A stretch of 63,854 nucleotides of DNA, counting the filler, from Choristocarpus tenellus KU-1152 (Eukaryota; Protista; Phaeophyceae), in NCBI GenBank assembly GCA_964200185.2. It is 10 parts of 10 records of this genome, joined end to end, with 100 filler letters (N's around TTAATTAATTAA, not from the genome) between each part and the next. Parts side by side here need not be neighbours in the genome. Positions count along the whole stretch, not along the records: positions 35,294 to 40,879 come from CAXNAD020010341.1; positions 40,980 to 47,256 come from CAXNAD020008500.1; positions 47,357 to 51,587 come from CAXNAD020015571.1; 7 more parts are not named here. The stretch is one strand, 5' to 3'. A program made the translations under genes and the position numbers. This document shows positions 36,601 through 48,435 of the stretch, one piece after another (the stretch's first letter is position 1; each line of letters begins with the position of its first letter). Below the pieces are notes generated by a model. It did no database searches and was not told the DNA's origin. It saw nothing but the letters and a program-made list of their open reading frames with translations.

Positions 36601-38598
36601 GTGGGAGCAGCGCACTGTGCTCTTAGATATATTGAGTTTGAGGGTGTGTCTGAGAGCAATGAATATGTTTGTGCTTGAGTGTGTAGTAGGGGAGGATCAT
36701 ATTGATTGCAGATACTATCTAATGTAGTGATAAAAACAATGGTGGGAAGGAAGGGAGAGGTGCATTTGGGGGGGGGGGGGGGGGGGGCACTTCATGATGT
36801 GGAACTTTTCTTCATGGGCGGAGTTTGAAATGTTTGTGGTGTGGTGAGCTTCTTTGAGGGTTTTGTATATATTTGTGCGTGTTGGATGACCTCAATGACC
36901 AGGCCCTCAGAAGTATCGGCTGTGGGTATTAGGGCCGATGGTGAGTACACTTGTGCAAAGCCGTTGTAGTGGATGAGTTGAGTTGGAAAACGACCAATAG
37001 ATTTGGATGAGAGAGTTTAATCCACCTGTTGTTTTTTTTTAATGCTGAATTTAGAGCCTACCTCGATGGTTTGAATTGACTTGACGGAGTACTGCATAAA
37101 AAAATAAAATAGCAGGGGTCCTTTCTGGAGTTGATAGTGCTTGGATGGGGTTACTGGTGTGGTACGGAGCTGTTGTCCGATTGATTCCTGTGTAGAAAAA
37201 AGGAAATTATTTTTCTTTCAAGAGTACCTTGCAGCCAAAAAAAAGAAATTAGATGTCAAAAGGTGACGAGATGCCCTGTAGTAGGTATGTTATTTTATGA
37301 TAACTCCAGAACACTGGCATTGATAACTGGCATGGTTGGGATGGGCGGGCTGTGGTACGACGATCTTGAGTGCTTCAAAGGTACTTTGGGTTTCCATCTT
37401 TGGGGATGGCGTACTGGGCACGCTGTTGAGAACCTGGGAATGTCATCTGTAATACCATACCTACTCGCTGTGTTCTGTTACAGTTACAGATTGCGTATTT
37501 TTTATTGTTATCGATGCTGTTAATTTTGAAGTCATTTTTGTTTTTTTTGTCTGTAATAATAATAATAATAATAATAATGTTAACAGAGGTGAGGATGATG
37601 TTGTGTTGGACATGAGTTTTTTTCTTTCGAGGGTGAAATTAAATATATATATATATATATATATATAGTTATATAGTTCTGTTTTCATGGTTGATTGCCA
37701 GCATACGGATTTGCAAGAGGTCCCTAGGTGAGTGTACCACCTTTGTTTGACCAATGGAAACCTACTTTGATATTTGGCGTGCTTGTTTTTTTTTCTTGAT
37801 AAAAAAAAAATGTGACCAAAGGCATTGAGTCGCCCTATCTCAGGAGTTATCTTGGAAGGGGGTCAATTTAGACCTTCTTGAGTATCTAGGGACCTGTCTG
37901 ACACTCCATTCCCATGCCTGAAAGTCAGGTCATCTCCCTTAGCAGACTGAGTGTGAGAAGAGTAGACGAGCGCTAACCCCCCTGAGTGTGAAATGGCCCC
38001 TAAGAGTGATGTTCTTGTTTGTGTGGAGTGCCCTAGAAGCACATGTACTTGAAGGCAGTGGTGGGTGTCCCAAATACTAAACAAAAGCTGCCTTTTAAAG
38101 ATGGTATAGCTTACTCCCCTTCCATAATTGGTGTTGAAATGTTAGTCTTTTTTTGAGTCTAATATGTCGTATCAATGGAATAGCCATGATGACTTTTAGC
38201 CCAAGGAGAACATTGGCATTGATTGACCATGGAGAGTAGCTAAAAAAATATGTTTTTGATAAAAAAAAAAAAATCTTAATAGCATCTAGGACTGTCAAGA
38301 ACTATTGAAGGAGCAGTGTGCAGTATGTGGGTGTCTTTGGATTCATGCCTGAGTTTGGTTTTGAGGGTGGTGTGTCAAATTTGATGATTTTTTTTACATA
38401 CGTGTCTGTAAGATTGTTGCCCTTCCCTGAATATAGAGCAAATACACAATCGCGGTGGTGGCGTTGTAGAGAGTTGTGCGTCTTTTTTCCTTGAAGTGTT
38501 AGGGCATAGATCGAGACTTGTTGATTCTTACCGCCTTCTAGAACCCAGAAATGTACTAATATTATTTTATGTACATGAATTTCTTGAGTAGTCCTGTA

Positions 38599-38993
38599 CT
38601 CCCTCTGTACCACAAGTCCGTGCCTTTATGCATGTAACCCCCTCTTCGAGATGACCTCCGATTTTCAAAGACGGAATTTTTTTAATTGGATTCCTCGGAA
38701 GAAATTTACGTGAGATGAGTTGTATTTGAAAAATATATATATTCTGGAATTGTTCTGAAAGTATGGAACAGTGGTTCAGCGGGCATAGCCCCCCCCCCCC
38801 CACAAGAGGGTGTTAACAGTCCTGGATTCTTGGATTGATGGCGTTGATTGAAATCGAGGAAAGGTAGTATTCCAATAAAAAATTAAAAAAACGTCAAGGA
38901 ATCCAATTCAAAAAATCCGTTTTTGAAAATCGGAGGTCATCCCGAAGAGGGGGTACATGCATATAAAGGCACGGACTTGTGGTACAGAGGGAG
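38599..38993. mobile_element. Stowaway-like (Tc1/mariner) MITE with ~100-bp TIRs
   Basis: TA|CTCCCTCTGTACCACAAGTCCGTGCCTTTAT... and ...ATAAAGGCACGGACTTGTGGTACAGAGGGAG|CA. Inverted homology between ~38599-38695 and ~38897-38993. Confidence 0.85.
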
Positions 38994-39527
38994 CACGAGG
39001 GTGTTAAGCATGAGTCTCAGACACCAAATGTTCAAATTTCGATGTTATTAGCGCTTCTGATGGTAAACGGGGAAAACACCGGGGAGGGGGCTATCACGGA
39101 TCTGATGGGCGGTCTGGGGAGTACCACAGGGTAGCGTGGGACAGATCCACTCGCCTCTTGTAAATGGTTCCAAGTATGACTCTTTTGTTTTTTATTTTAT
39201 CTAGAACAAGAAGAATGTGACGGTTGAGAAATATATCGATCACGCTCGGTGTCGAAGAACAAGTATCATTTTATTGTTCCGTGTATGTATATATATATAT
39301 ATATATATTTAATTTCACTCTCAATGTGACTGGGGTTCGAAAAATAATTTTTTTGTCAACAGTATTGATTAAAAAAAAGAAGATGATATATCAACACTAT
39401 TTGGCAAGTACGCCCCGCCGGGCTTCAATATTATTATTTTTTATAGCTTGGACTGCGTTTGTTTCTTGTGACTGGTAGGGTCTGTTGCACAGTTATTATT
39501 TTTGTTATTAACTCAAGACAAAGAAGT

Positions 39528-39790
39528 CTAATGTTTATGTTGTTAGTGTGTGTGTTACTAATATTTATGTTGATAGTGTTTGTGTTACTAGTATTTATGT
39601 TGATAGCGTGTGTGTTACTAATGTTTATGTTGATAGTGTTTGTGTTACTAATATTTATGTTGATAGCGTGTGTTTTACTAATGTTGATGTTGATAGCGTG
39701 TGTGTTTTACTAATGTTTATGTTGATAGTGTGTGTGTTACTAATATTTATGTTGATAGCGTATGTGCTGCTAGTGTTTATGTTCCTAATG
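39528..39790. repeat. 30-bp minisatellite, ~9 copies
   Basis: Unit TGTGTTACTAATATTTATGTTGATAGTGTT with variants. Confidence 0.92.
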
Positions 39791-40979
39791 TTTGTGTTGG
39801 GAGTTTCAGGACCTGCTGCTGTAGATGAAAATGTATTATTTCGACTGTAGAGACCCCCTGATGATTGTGACAGTATCTTACCCCACTCACAGTTGAATCT
39901 GGCAGAGAAACAAATGCCCCTATTTTTTTTATTTGACTCTTCCAGTCCAACTTTTTAGTGTAGTTTGTTCATCTGAGTACCCCCCAATCGACCACAACAT
40001 AGCAAGCATATATTATTTTATTTACAGATACCTTGGGGTTGAACGAGTTCCTCTGATGCAGGGGATCATCTCATGTAATCTTGTGTTACCCAACTCATTG
40101 CCTCAACAGTTCTACAGATTAGTGATCAAAGCCTATTGCGTAGTTAAAACAAGGGAGTGGATTGGGATGTAAAAACAGAAGAGGTTCAATGACTATAGAA
40201 ACAAGTGTGACATATGAAACTACCCCCCCCCCCCCCCCCCCCCCCCCTCCCACTCCCCCCATTTTTTTTTCTGGTCTATTGAGAAGTCATTTTGGTTCTT
40301 TTGGCTTTATTGAAGCCAAGTATGTGTGTAAACGATTTGCGTGCAGAGAGAGGCTGCTGCTGGTATGTCTGTAAATATATGTGTAAGTATGACGAAACCC
40401 CCCATGGCAGTGTGTATTTTACATTATAAAGGTATAAAGGTGACCTAGCGTGCTTGGGGTCTCAGTAAGCAAGGCCTTCGATAGCTTAGAGTTGTGAAGC
40501 AAAAGGAACATGCGCGAATATGTAGTTCATGCATCAAGTACAATGTTTATTGACTCAATAAATGTAAATGTATGCACTCAAGGTGCACTGGATGATGGGT
40601 TGAAGGAGAGAGGTGTTGAAAGAGTTTAGTCGCATCAAGGCAAAGGTGGTGTGGGAAAAGTATCCGACCAATCACAAAGTTTTGCCTCTTTGTAATATTA
40701 ATATTAATAGTATCCAGTGCTTGATTTTTTACAGGGCGCCGACAAATATGAATGGTCCCATACGCCGGATGGACCAGTCCCACAATTTTCTATCATGTTG
40801 CAGTCCATGACAACTGGATCAAAGCATCTTAGGGGCGGGGGGGGGGGTTGTGAGGGGGCGGCCGTTTCGGTCAAACAACNNNNNNNNNNNNNNNNNNNNN
40901 NNNNNNNNNNNNNNNNNNNNNNNTTAATTAATTAANNNNNNNNNNNNNNNNNNNNNNNNNNNNNNNNNNNNNNNNNNNN

Positions 40980-43900
40980 CACCGGTGGCACCAGCGGGTT
41001 CATGGCACTCTGCCCCCCCTCTCCCCCTCCCCACCCCCCTTTCACACCACCCTCACCTCCACCACCACTGCCTCCAGCTCTGACCAGTCCAGAGCTTCCT
41101 GCCTCCTGCCCTTGAGCAGACATCTCCGCTGAAGGAGGAGGCGGTGGTGGTGGTGGTGGTGGTGGGGCACCAGAGTGCCTAGCCAGTCCCCCTGGATGGA
41201 GTACACCAACAGATAACCCATCTCCACCCCCTTTAGCCTGTTGTTGGGGGGTTGAAGATGGGCTCGGAGTCAGCGCGCCCCCACCCCTGAGCATTGTTTC
41301 AGACATCGTACTAACACTCTCCCTACTAGAAGAAGGGGGCGGAGTGGTTTCTTTTGGAGATGACCAGCCACCAGCACTGCTCTGGGGGTGTGAGGTATCC
41401 TTCTGTGGCGATCGCCAGTCAGCGCTTTGAATCTTCTGTGGGGCAGTGGACGCCTGCGGTTGGGATACCCAGCCACCAGATGCCGGGGCAGGAGGGGAAG
41501 CCTTCTGTTGTGATGACCACCCAGTCTCCTGAGCCTTCTTGGGGTCCCCGGACTTCTCTTTCTGGGATGGCCAGTCAGTTGCTTGGGCAAGCTGAGGTTC
41601 ATTAGGGGTCTGGTGTTGGGATCCCCAGGCAGCAGTCTTTGGGGTAGGGGGGGAAGCCTTCTGTTGGGGTGGCCAGGCACTCTGTGGAGTCTTCTGAGGG
41701 TCGTTGGGAGGGGGGGAAGCCTTCTGTTGGGATGGCCACCCAGTCTGTAAAGACTTCTGAGGTTCATTAGGGGTCTGCTGTCGGGATCCCCAGGCAGCAC
41801 TCTTCTGAGCAGCACTCTTCTGAGCAGGGTTTGAAGCCTCCTGTTGGGATGGCCACCCAGTCTGTGAAGATTTCCGAGGCTCGCTTGGGTTCTGCTGTCG
41901 GGATCCCCAGGCAGCACTCTGGTGAGCAGGGGGGGAAGCATTCTGCTCGGATGGCCAGCTACTCTCCTCAGCCATGTTCAAATCACTGGAGGTCTGCTGT
42001 TGAGATGCCCAATCAATCTGAGCCTGCTTAGTCTTCAGAGGGTCACTGGGGTTCTGTTTTTGGGACCCCCAGCCAGAGGCTTTCTGAGCAGGCAGGGAAG
42101 CCTTCTGTTGAGATGACCAACCAGTCTCTGGACCCTTCTTAGTACTACCAGAAGTATCTTGTTGAGATGACCAGCCACTCTGAGCTTGCCGTGCAGGGGC
42201 CTGCTGCTGGGACCCCCACCCAGACTTCGGAGCTTTGCTTGAGGTCTTCTGCGAGGATCCCCACCCGCTGTTCTCAGCATCGCTGTAAGTATCCTGGGAA
42301 GATGGCCAGCCACTCGGCTCAGGGGTGAGCGAAGTCTTCTGGGAGGATGGCCACCCTGTCTCCTCAGGGCGAGAGCGAGTCTCCTGTGGTGACGATGACG
42401 CCCAGTCATTGCTTTTTTTCTGTGCCACTTGAGGGGTGGTCTCTTGAGCTTCAACTGGCCAACCATTCATGTGAGCAGCCTTTGTAGAGGAGGACTTTCG
42501 TAGTTGAGGATTCGGAGTAGTCCCCTGCTCCGCCTGCTGGTTATCACACAGGCAAGGGAATTGTATGTGAATTTGGGAGGGGGGCGGAGGGGGGCAGAGG
42601 GGGGAGGTCTGGGTTGCGCATTATGCAGCACCATTGAGGGGCAAGTACTGTAGAAAGGCAGGTTGGAGGCTATCATTACTGTGCAGACAAGAGGCAGTAC
42701 CTCAGGGAAGGTCTGCTCAAGGAGAATAGATACACACCTGGTGAGAAGCTGCTCTGGCAGGACTGCAGGTGGACAAAAATACCCCACAGATGCCTACAGG
42801 AGCAGCCGTGGGTAGATTACAGTATTTACTATAGTTGCAATCGGTGCGCTCTTCACAGTATTTACTATAGTTGTTAAACATGGGGTTAGGAAGTGGAGGT
42901 TCAAGGTATAATGCCTATAATGTCGGTCTTATGGTTAAGGAAGGGAAGCTAGGGCATAATACAAGCTACTTCCCTTACAAGTACACAAGTGTGATTCCAC
43001 ATACACCTTACATTGTCTAGGTGTGCTCCTGCCAATTGCCACCAATATATATTATTTTGCAACATCAACAGTCGCTAACTATACTACAGCGTTCAATTTG
43101 TCGGGGCAGTGCAACCTAGACAAGACACCTGGATTGAGTCTATAGCATGGCTTCCCAACTAACTGCATACCAAATCAAAAACACAAAAAACTCCACACCA
43201 GCAAGAATTTTGTAGATGATAGTTGACGGATGGGGCATGGGGAACCAAAAAGTTTCCAACCACCTCAACACAGTCAATTCAACATACCACCATAAACCCT
43301 ATCAACAACAAAGCTATCACACAATTTACAACGAATTCTTCCAACAAATTGAAGTGTGTTCATACTAATTAATAAAAAATCACATACATCTCCACAATAC
43401 TCAGAAGTGCCCATTATTTAGCCATTACTAAAGAGAGTGCACATCAGTAAGAAACAAAACAATACACACAGAGACCCACTCCAAATACATCATAAAGTAA
43501 GGCACACCATCCCCCCCCCCCACACACACACCCAAATCAATAACCCTTTAATCACCTGCTGGTGTTGCTGCAACTGGTCCTCCTGACCCCACCCCCCTGC
43601 CACTGGTTTCTTCCTGGAAGGTGGCGCAACATGATCTGGGGCAGCAGCAGGGGCATCCTCTTCAGGGAAGATTCCACTCAATCCCCAGCCATGCTTCCCA
43701 TCCACAATGGTAGCATTTTCCCCCCATCCACCATCCTCAACCGTCCGTACTGCCTTGGCCGGGTTTGAACCTGACCTCTTTGACTTCCTACTCCCTTGCT
43801 GCACCCGTCCAAGAGAGGGGGGCGAAGCCGGTGTGACAGCTCGTGCTCGAGCAGGCTCAGGGGCAGGGGCAGGGGCAGGGGCAGGGGGTGTTCCTAGTGT

Positions 43901-46333
43901 CGTAAATGACTGACTCTCGACTGCTGGTGATGTAGTCGGAGAGGTATCAGAGTCCTCGTCCTCATCAGACACACCAATCCTGTTATTCTGAGGGTTTCAT
44001 GAGGGAGGGAGGGAGGGAGGGAGGGAGGCAGGCAGGCAGGGGAAAGATCAACCAGGAAAACAAGCGAAATTACTTTTAAACAGGTATCAATACCAACACC
44101 ATACTAATAGTACGATGGGCATGGACACTACTAAGAAATGCATGCACTGTGGGAAAAGGGTTTCAAAACTTAGGGGCACTAAGTCAATCAGTGCAAAAAG
44201 GTTGAGGTCACTGAGTACGATTCCTGCTGCTTTGTTCGATCCATTGAGTTACTACTATTCTTGTACTCATTCTTGTCTTCGTGTGAAAAATGGACTGGCC
44301 TCAACAGAGGACACATCGAGGTACATCTTAATTCTGTCCAGTACAGGAACTGGTACAGATTCACTGGTTGCACTATATTCGAAGTGTATGCGTTTGTGTC
44401 TTCCTTGAATTAATCCTTATTATACGTGAGAGACATTTTCTACTATTTATATCAGCATGGAACAAGATAATGTCCACCAATCATACACCTCAATTACGCA
44501 CCACGTCTTCTCTTTTCTCGTTTCCTATGCTGGTGAGGTGAAAGAATGCCTGCAAATGTATACCAAAACATTAAAGCTGCTACTGTAGATACAAAATAAA
44601 ACAACAACACCGGGAGTATGCAATACTAAAACCTAATACCAGCAATTCAACTGCTGTATGGCATAGTGGAGCGAACATCACCTCCAAGAATCAATATCAT
44701 AACCTTCCAACCACAAGGATTCTCTTCCTATTTAGACTGGGAAAAACACTTGTGTATTCATTCATGAGATTCAAGGCCTGTGTGTATGGAAACTCCCTTG
44801 ATATCACTGAAAAACACACCACCTGCAGCAAAAACTTACAGTAGGGCCAAATGTCAGCAATCTACCAAACATGAGGACAAGAAAATCCACATCAGATACC
44901 AAACTGCCCATCAACGAATGTATTTTCATCCCATGCAGGGGTTTCGTATCTTGACGCCTCATTCAAAACAAGATTCAAAACAAGATTCAAACATGTATTG
45001 GAAAGGAGGTGGGGTGAGAAGGGGTCACCAATTGACTGCTTGATAGGTCAAGTGATGGATCGATTACATTCAGGCCGCCACACAGTGGTAGTGAAAATAG
45101 ATTCAACACCCTTAGGCATTTTTACTTGCAGTGAATTCTACCCCTCACTTGTGTGTCAAAAAATTGAAAATACTTTCGAAGGATAATTCAGACAAATTTA
45201 TGTTGAGGAGGAAAAAAGAAAAAACATTGTTTCCAAACTGTCCCCCACAACCATTGCAGTCCTCAACCTCCCCAGAACTAAAGAACTAATAAAATATTTA
45301 ATTCAAATGATCCCATTACATGCAGACTGAAAAACGGTTCCACTTTCAACAGATCCTCAGATAAGGAAGGGATGCTTTCATGGTGTGTCCCTTACTGTAC
45401 TCTACAAATCTGCCATGAAAATCCACAAGATACAAAAGAGGTGTTATACTACATTTCATGTATATATATATATGACAAAAATCTGTCAATACTGAAAGCA
45501 AAGTGTTGGGCAGTCAGACGTGCTTACATACACATACATATATATGCATATATATATATACACACACATAGGGGAACATCACACTACACACATCCCTCCC
45601 AGAGAGTCGCAAAAATATCAAAATAAAACATGAAGTTCAGCACGCTATGGGATACTATTGGGATTTAACAAACAGCACCATCAGTGGGGAGGGGGGAAAC
45701 CCAACAGATGCTAAAAAACAGGCACTCCCCTGAATGCCCCTCACCGTGTCTGGGAATGTAGGTTGCCTAGAAGGTACCCTTGCTTCAGATTGATACACTA
45801 TAATTAAATTTTATTATATGCGCTATACTGCCCTCACAGATACAGTAGAATGATGCAATTCAATACTCTATCAATCAACAAACACGCCTCCAAATGCTTC
45901 TCGCTCCGCAGATGGAAGCACAATCTCACAAGTCACCCTCGTGACTCACATCAGAACGGTTCTTGATACACTACACACACAGACGTACATAAACACTCTT
46001 CAAATTAGGCTTGCGTGAGTATTGAATAATACGCACATCAACTACATAGTGTATGTACATACAGACACATGGAACAGAACGGTTCCCCCTCCCCCCCCCC
46101 CCACCTCGGCTTCTACCTTCCAATGCATCTATCTACATATTACTCAAGCCAGAGTGCACTGAAAACTATCACACACACACACACACACACACACACTACA
46201 TCACACCACACACCTGTAGCAGCTGCTTATACCTATCCAAAGAGGTGACTGTATTCTTGGACTGTGTGGCCATGGCTAACTTCTCTCTCGCCGCTGTTTT
46301 CCTAAAAGCAAATTTGCGTTTATGACCCAGTTC
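40980..46333 (-). CDS. GW/WG (Trp-periodic) repeat protein, multi-exon, partial
   Basis: Large exon ~42534-40980 carries 22 regularly spaced W motifs (SGWGSQ, TGWPSQQ, AAWGS). Upstream exon ~43988-43556 has GGWG/HGWG motifs. Tentative upstream exons at ~44550-44502 and ~46333-46214. Confidence 0.75.
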
Positions 46334-46352
46334 GATCGGATTGAGGCAGGAG

Positions 46353-46584
46353 TGACAAAGGGTATATATACCTTGATTTATCAAAATGTATACATTCTAT
46401 CTCAGTACTCCCACAGTTATACTCAAGAAGGAATTTTTATGAGATAATATTGTTAAAGTAAACTTCCTGACAAAGGGTATATATACCTTGAGTTGTCACA
46501 ATGTATACATTCTATCTCAGTACTCCCACAATTATACTCAAGAAGGAATTTTGCATGAGGTAATATTCTAAAGTAAACTTCCTT
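46353..46584. repeat. ~115-bp tandem duplication
   Basis: GACAAAGGGTATATATACCTTGA...AAAGTAAACTTCCT occurs twice head to tail. Confidence 0.9.
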
Positions 46585-47021
46585 CTTGAGTCATTGACAT
46601 AACACACACGTCAGGTCTGCACCACATTTTTTCTTTTAAAATAACTAATAAAAATTAAAGCTCGTTCCGTATTTCCTCTAGAGCTTTAGAAAATTATCTT
46701 CATTCTGCATATCAAAAGCACACACCTTCTAGAATCAAGAAACGTCAACCAAATACACAGAAAATAAAAAACACTAAATAACTAAATCAGAGTACTACAA
46801 TCATTGCAAAAATAAATATAAATATATATATATATATATATATGTTGTAGGCACTAATTAGTATAAAATAACCAATTCTTAAAAAATTCAAACCCCAACA
46901 AACAAAATTGATCAATAAAAAAATGAAAATCTCAGTCATCACTGAGAACACTTCATCTCGAATCTCACAACCACAGTATATTAAAAAAAAAAGACATTGC
47001 ATTCTCATCCTCATCATCATC

Positions 47022-47256
47022 AATATTATATAATTATCGCCATTGATATTATCATCCTTACCATTACTACTGACATTATCAAAATTATATAATTATCGCC
47101 ATTGATATTATCATCCTTACTATTACTATTGACATTATCAAAATTATATAATTATCGCCATTGATATTATCATCCTTACTATTACTATTGACATTATCAA
47201 AATTATATAATTATCGCCATTGATATTATCATCCTTACTATTACTATTGACATTAT
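47022..47256. repeat. 59-bp tandem repeat, 4 copies, running into the gap
   Basis: Unit AATTATATAATTATCGCCATTGATATTATCATCCTTACTATTACTATTGACATTATCAA. Confidence 0.93.
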
Positions 47257-47356
47257 NNNNNNNNNNNNNNNNNNNNNNNNNNNNNNNNNNNNNNNNNNNN
47301 TTAATTAATTAANNNNNNNNNNNNNNNNNNNNNNNNNNNNNNNNNNNNNNNNNNNN

Positions 47357-47541
47357 GGAAAAGGGGGGGGGGGGGGGGGGGGGGGGGTTGAGCGTCCATT
47401 TGGGACCAGTTTTTTCCATGTCGCGATTCTTGGGTGATTTGGTTGCATACGTCGGATGGATAATGTAAGTGCACTTTTCCTGATTTTGGGCCAAATGGAT
47501 ACCCTGGTGTAGACCCTTCCCCCCCACAGATACTTTGGGTC
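47357..47541 (-). mobile_element. MITE family A copy (one end in the gap)
   Basis: Reverse-complement similarity to 15837-16018; ends CAGATACTTTGGGTC. Confidence 0.8.
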
Positions 47542-48435
47542 AGTAGTTCACTTGTCTCACCGATGACTAAAGAGTTCAGAGATTCCAATCAAGGAGGGGA
47601 GAGTGTTCAAATAAGACAAGTGACTAACACAGCCCTGTGAGGTGGACAAGCCCAAGAACTTCAGGACACCTGGTAGCAGTGCATATTCCTGAGACCACAG
47701 CCTGCCACGATAAAGCAGCTATGGAATTGTGTTTTGCTCTAGTTACAGAAAAGATGGAGAAGAATCCCCATGTTACTGGTGCTGGTGTATGTTGTGACCA
47801 GTGGATGTGCTTAGTTGACCATATTGTAATATATTATAGGAGAGAGAGCTTCTCTCCAAGCTCAGTTCGACTTTCTGTTTGTATCAGTGTTTCTGATTCC
47901 CTGTCTGACATATTTTCTGACCATGTGTTACCGAAGATCAGGCTAACGTTTGCTAAGAAAAGAAAAAAAGACGGTAGCATGTGTTGATGGGAAGAAGTGT
48001 GACATAATTGGGGGGCACCAAGAACGTTCCATTCCAACCTGAAATTGCAAGGTCAGTCCAGCAGCGGCTAATGGTGGAGGGAAGACAGGGATCGTACTTA
48101 TCAAAAGAAGCAACTAATGTGTGGTTTACGGCACAGCCCGTATCTAAAGAGGTGATAGTACCCATTCAATTTTGTGGACACACTCATAGCATTTTCTTTA
48201 TTGGACAGACTTACAAATGTCTATAAACAAATGCGTAATGTTATGGTTCACAACAAGACCTAAAACCCCAAAGCATTGCAGTAGTAAAAGACATCTAATT
48301 AAACACTAACTGCACCTGTGATACTTCGAATCATGCCCTTTTCTCCAACAACACTCTTCTCGCCAGCGGCTTAGGAATACAGGTAAGTCTCATTTGGGGA
48401 AACACTTTGGATTGAAGGGGTAGGGGCTACTTTAC

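Noticed and set aside
39528-39790. 30-bp repeat array (also the 18-bp and 59-bp arrays) as a CRISPR, or as a hydrophobic repeat protein (ORFs 39459-39850)
   Set aside because: Units are contiguous with no unique spacers, there are no cas genes, and the context is eukaryotic. The ORFs are by-products of the repeat.
41270-42466. Alternative Arg-rich minus-strand ORFs overlapping the GW-repeat exon
   Set aside because: That frame is interrupted and is explained by the repetitive DNA. The W-periodic frame is continuous for over 500 codons.
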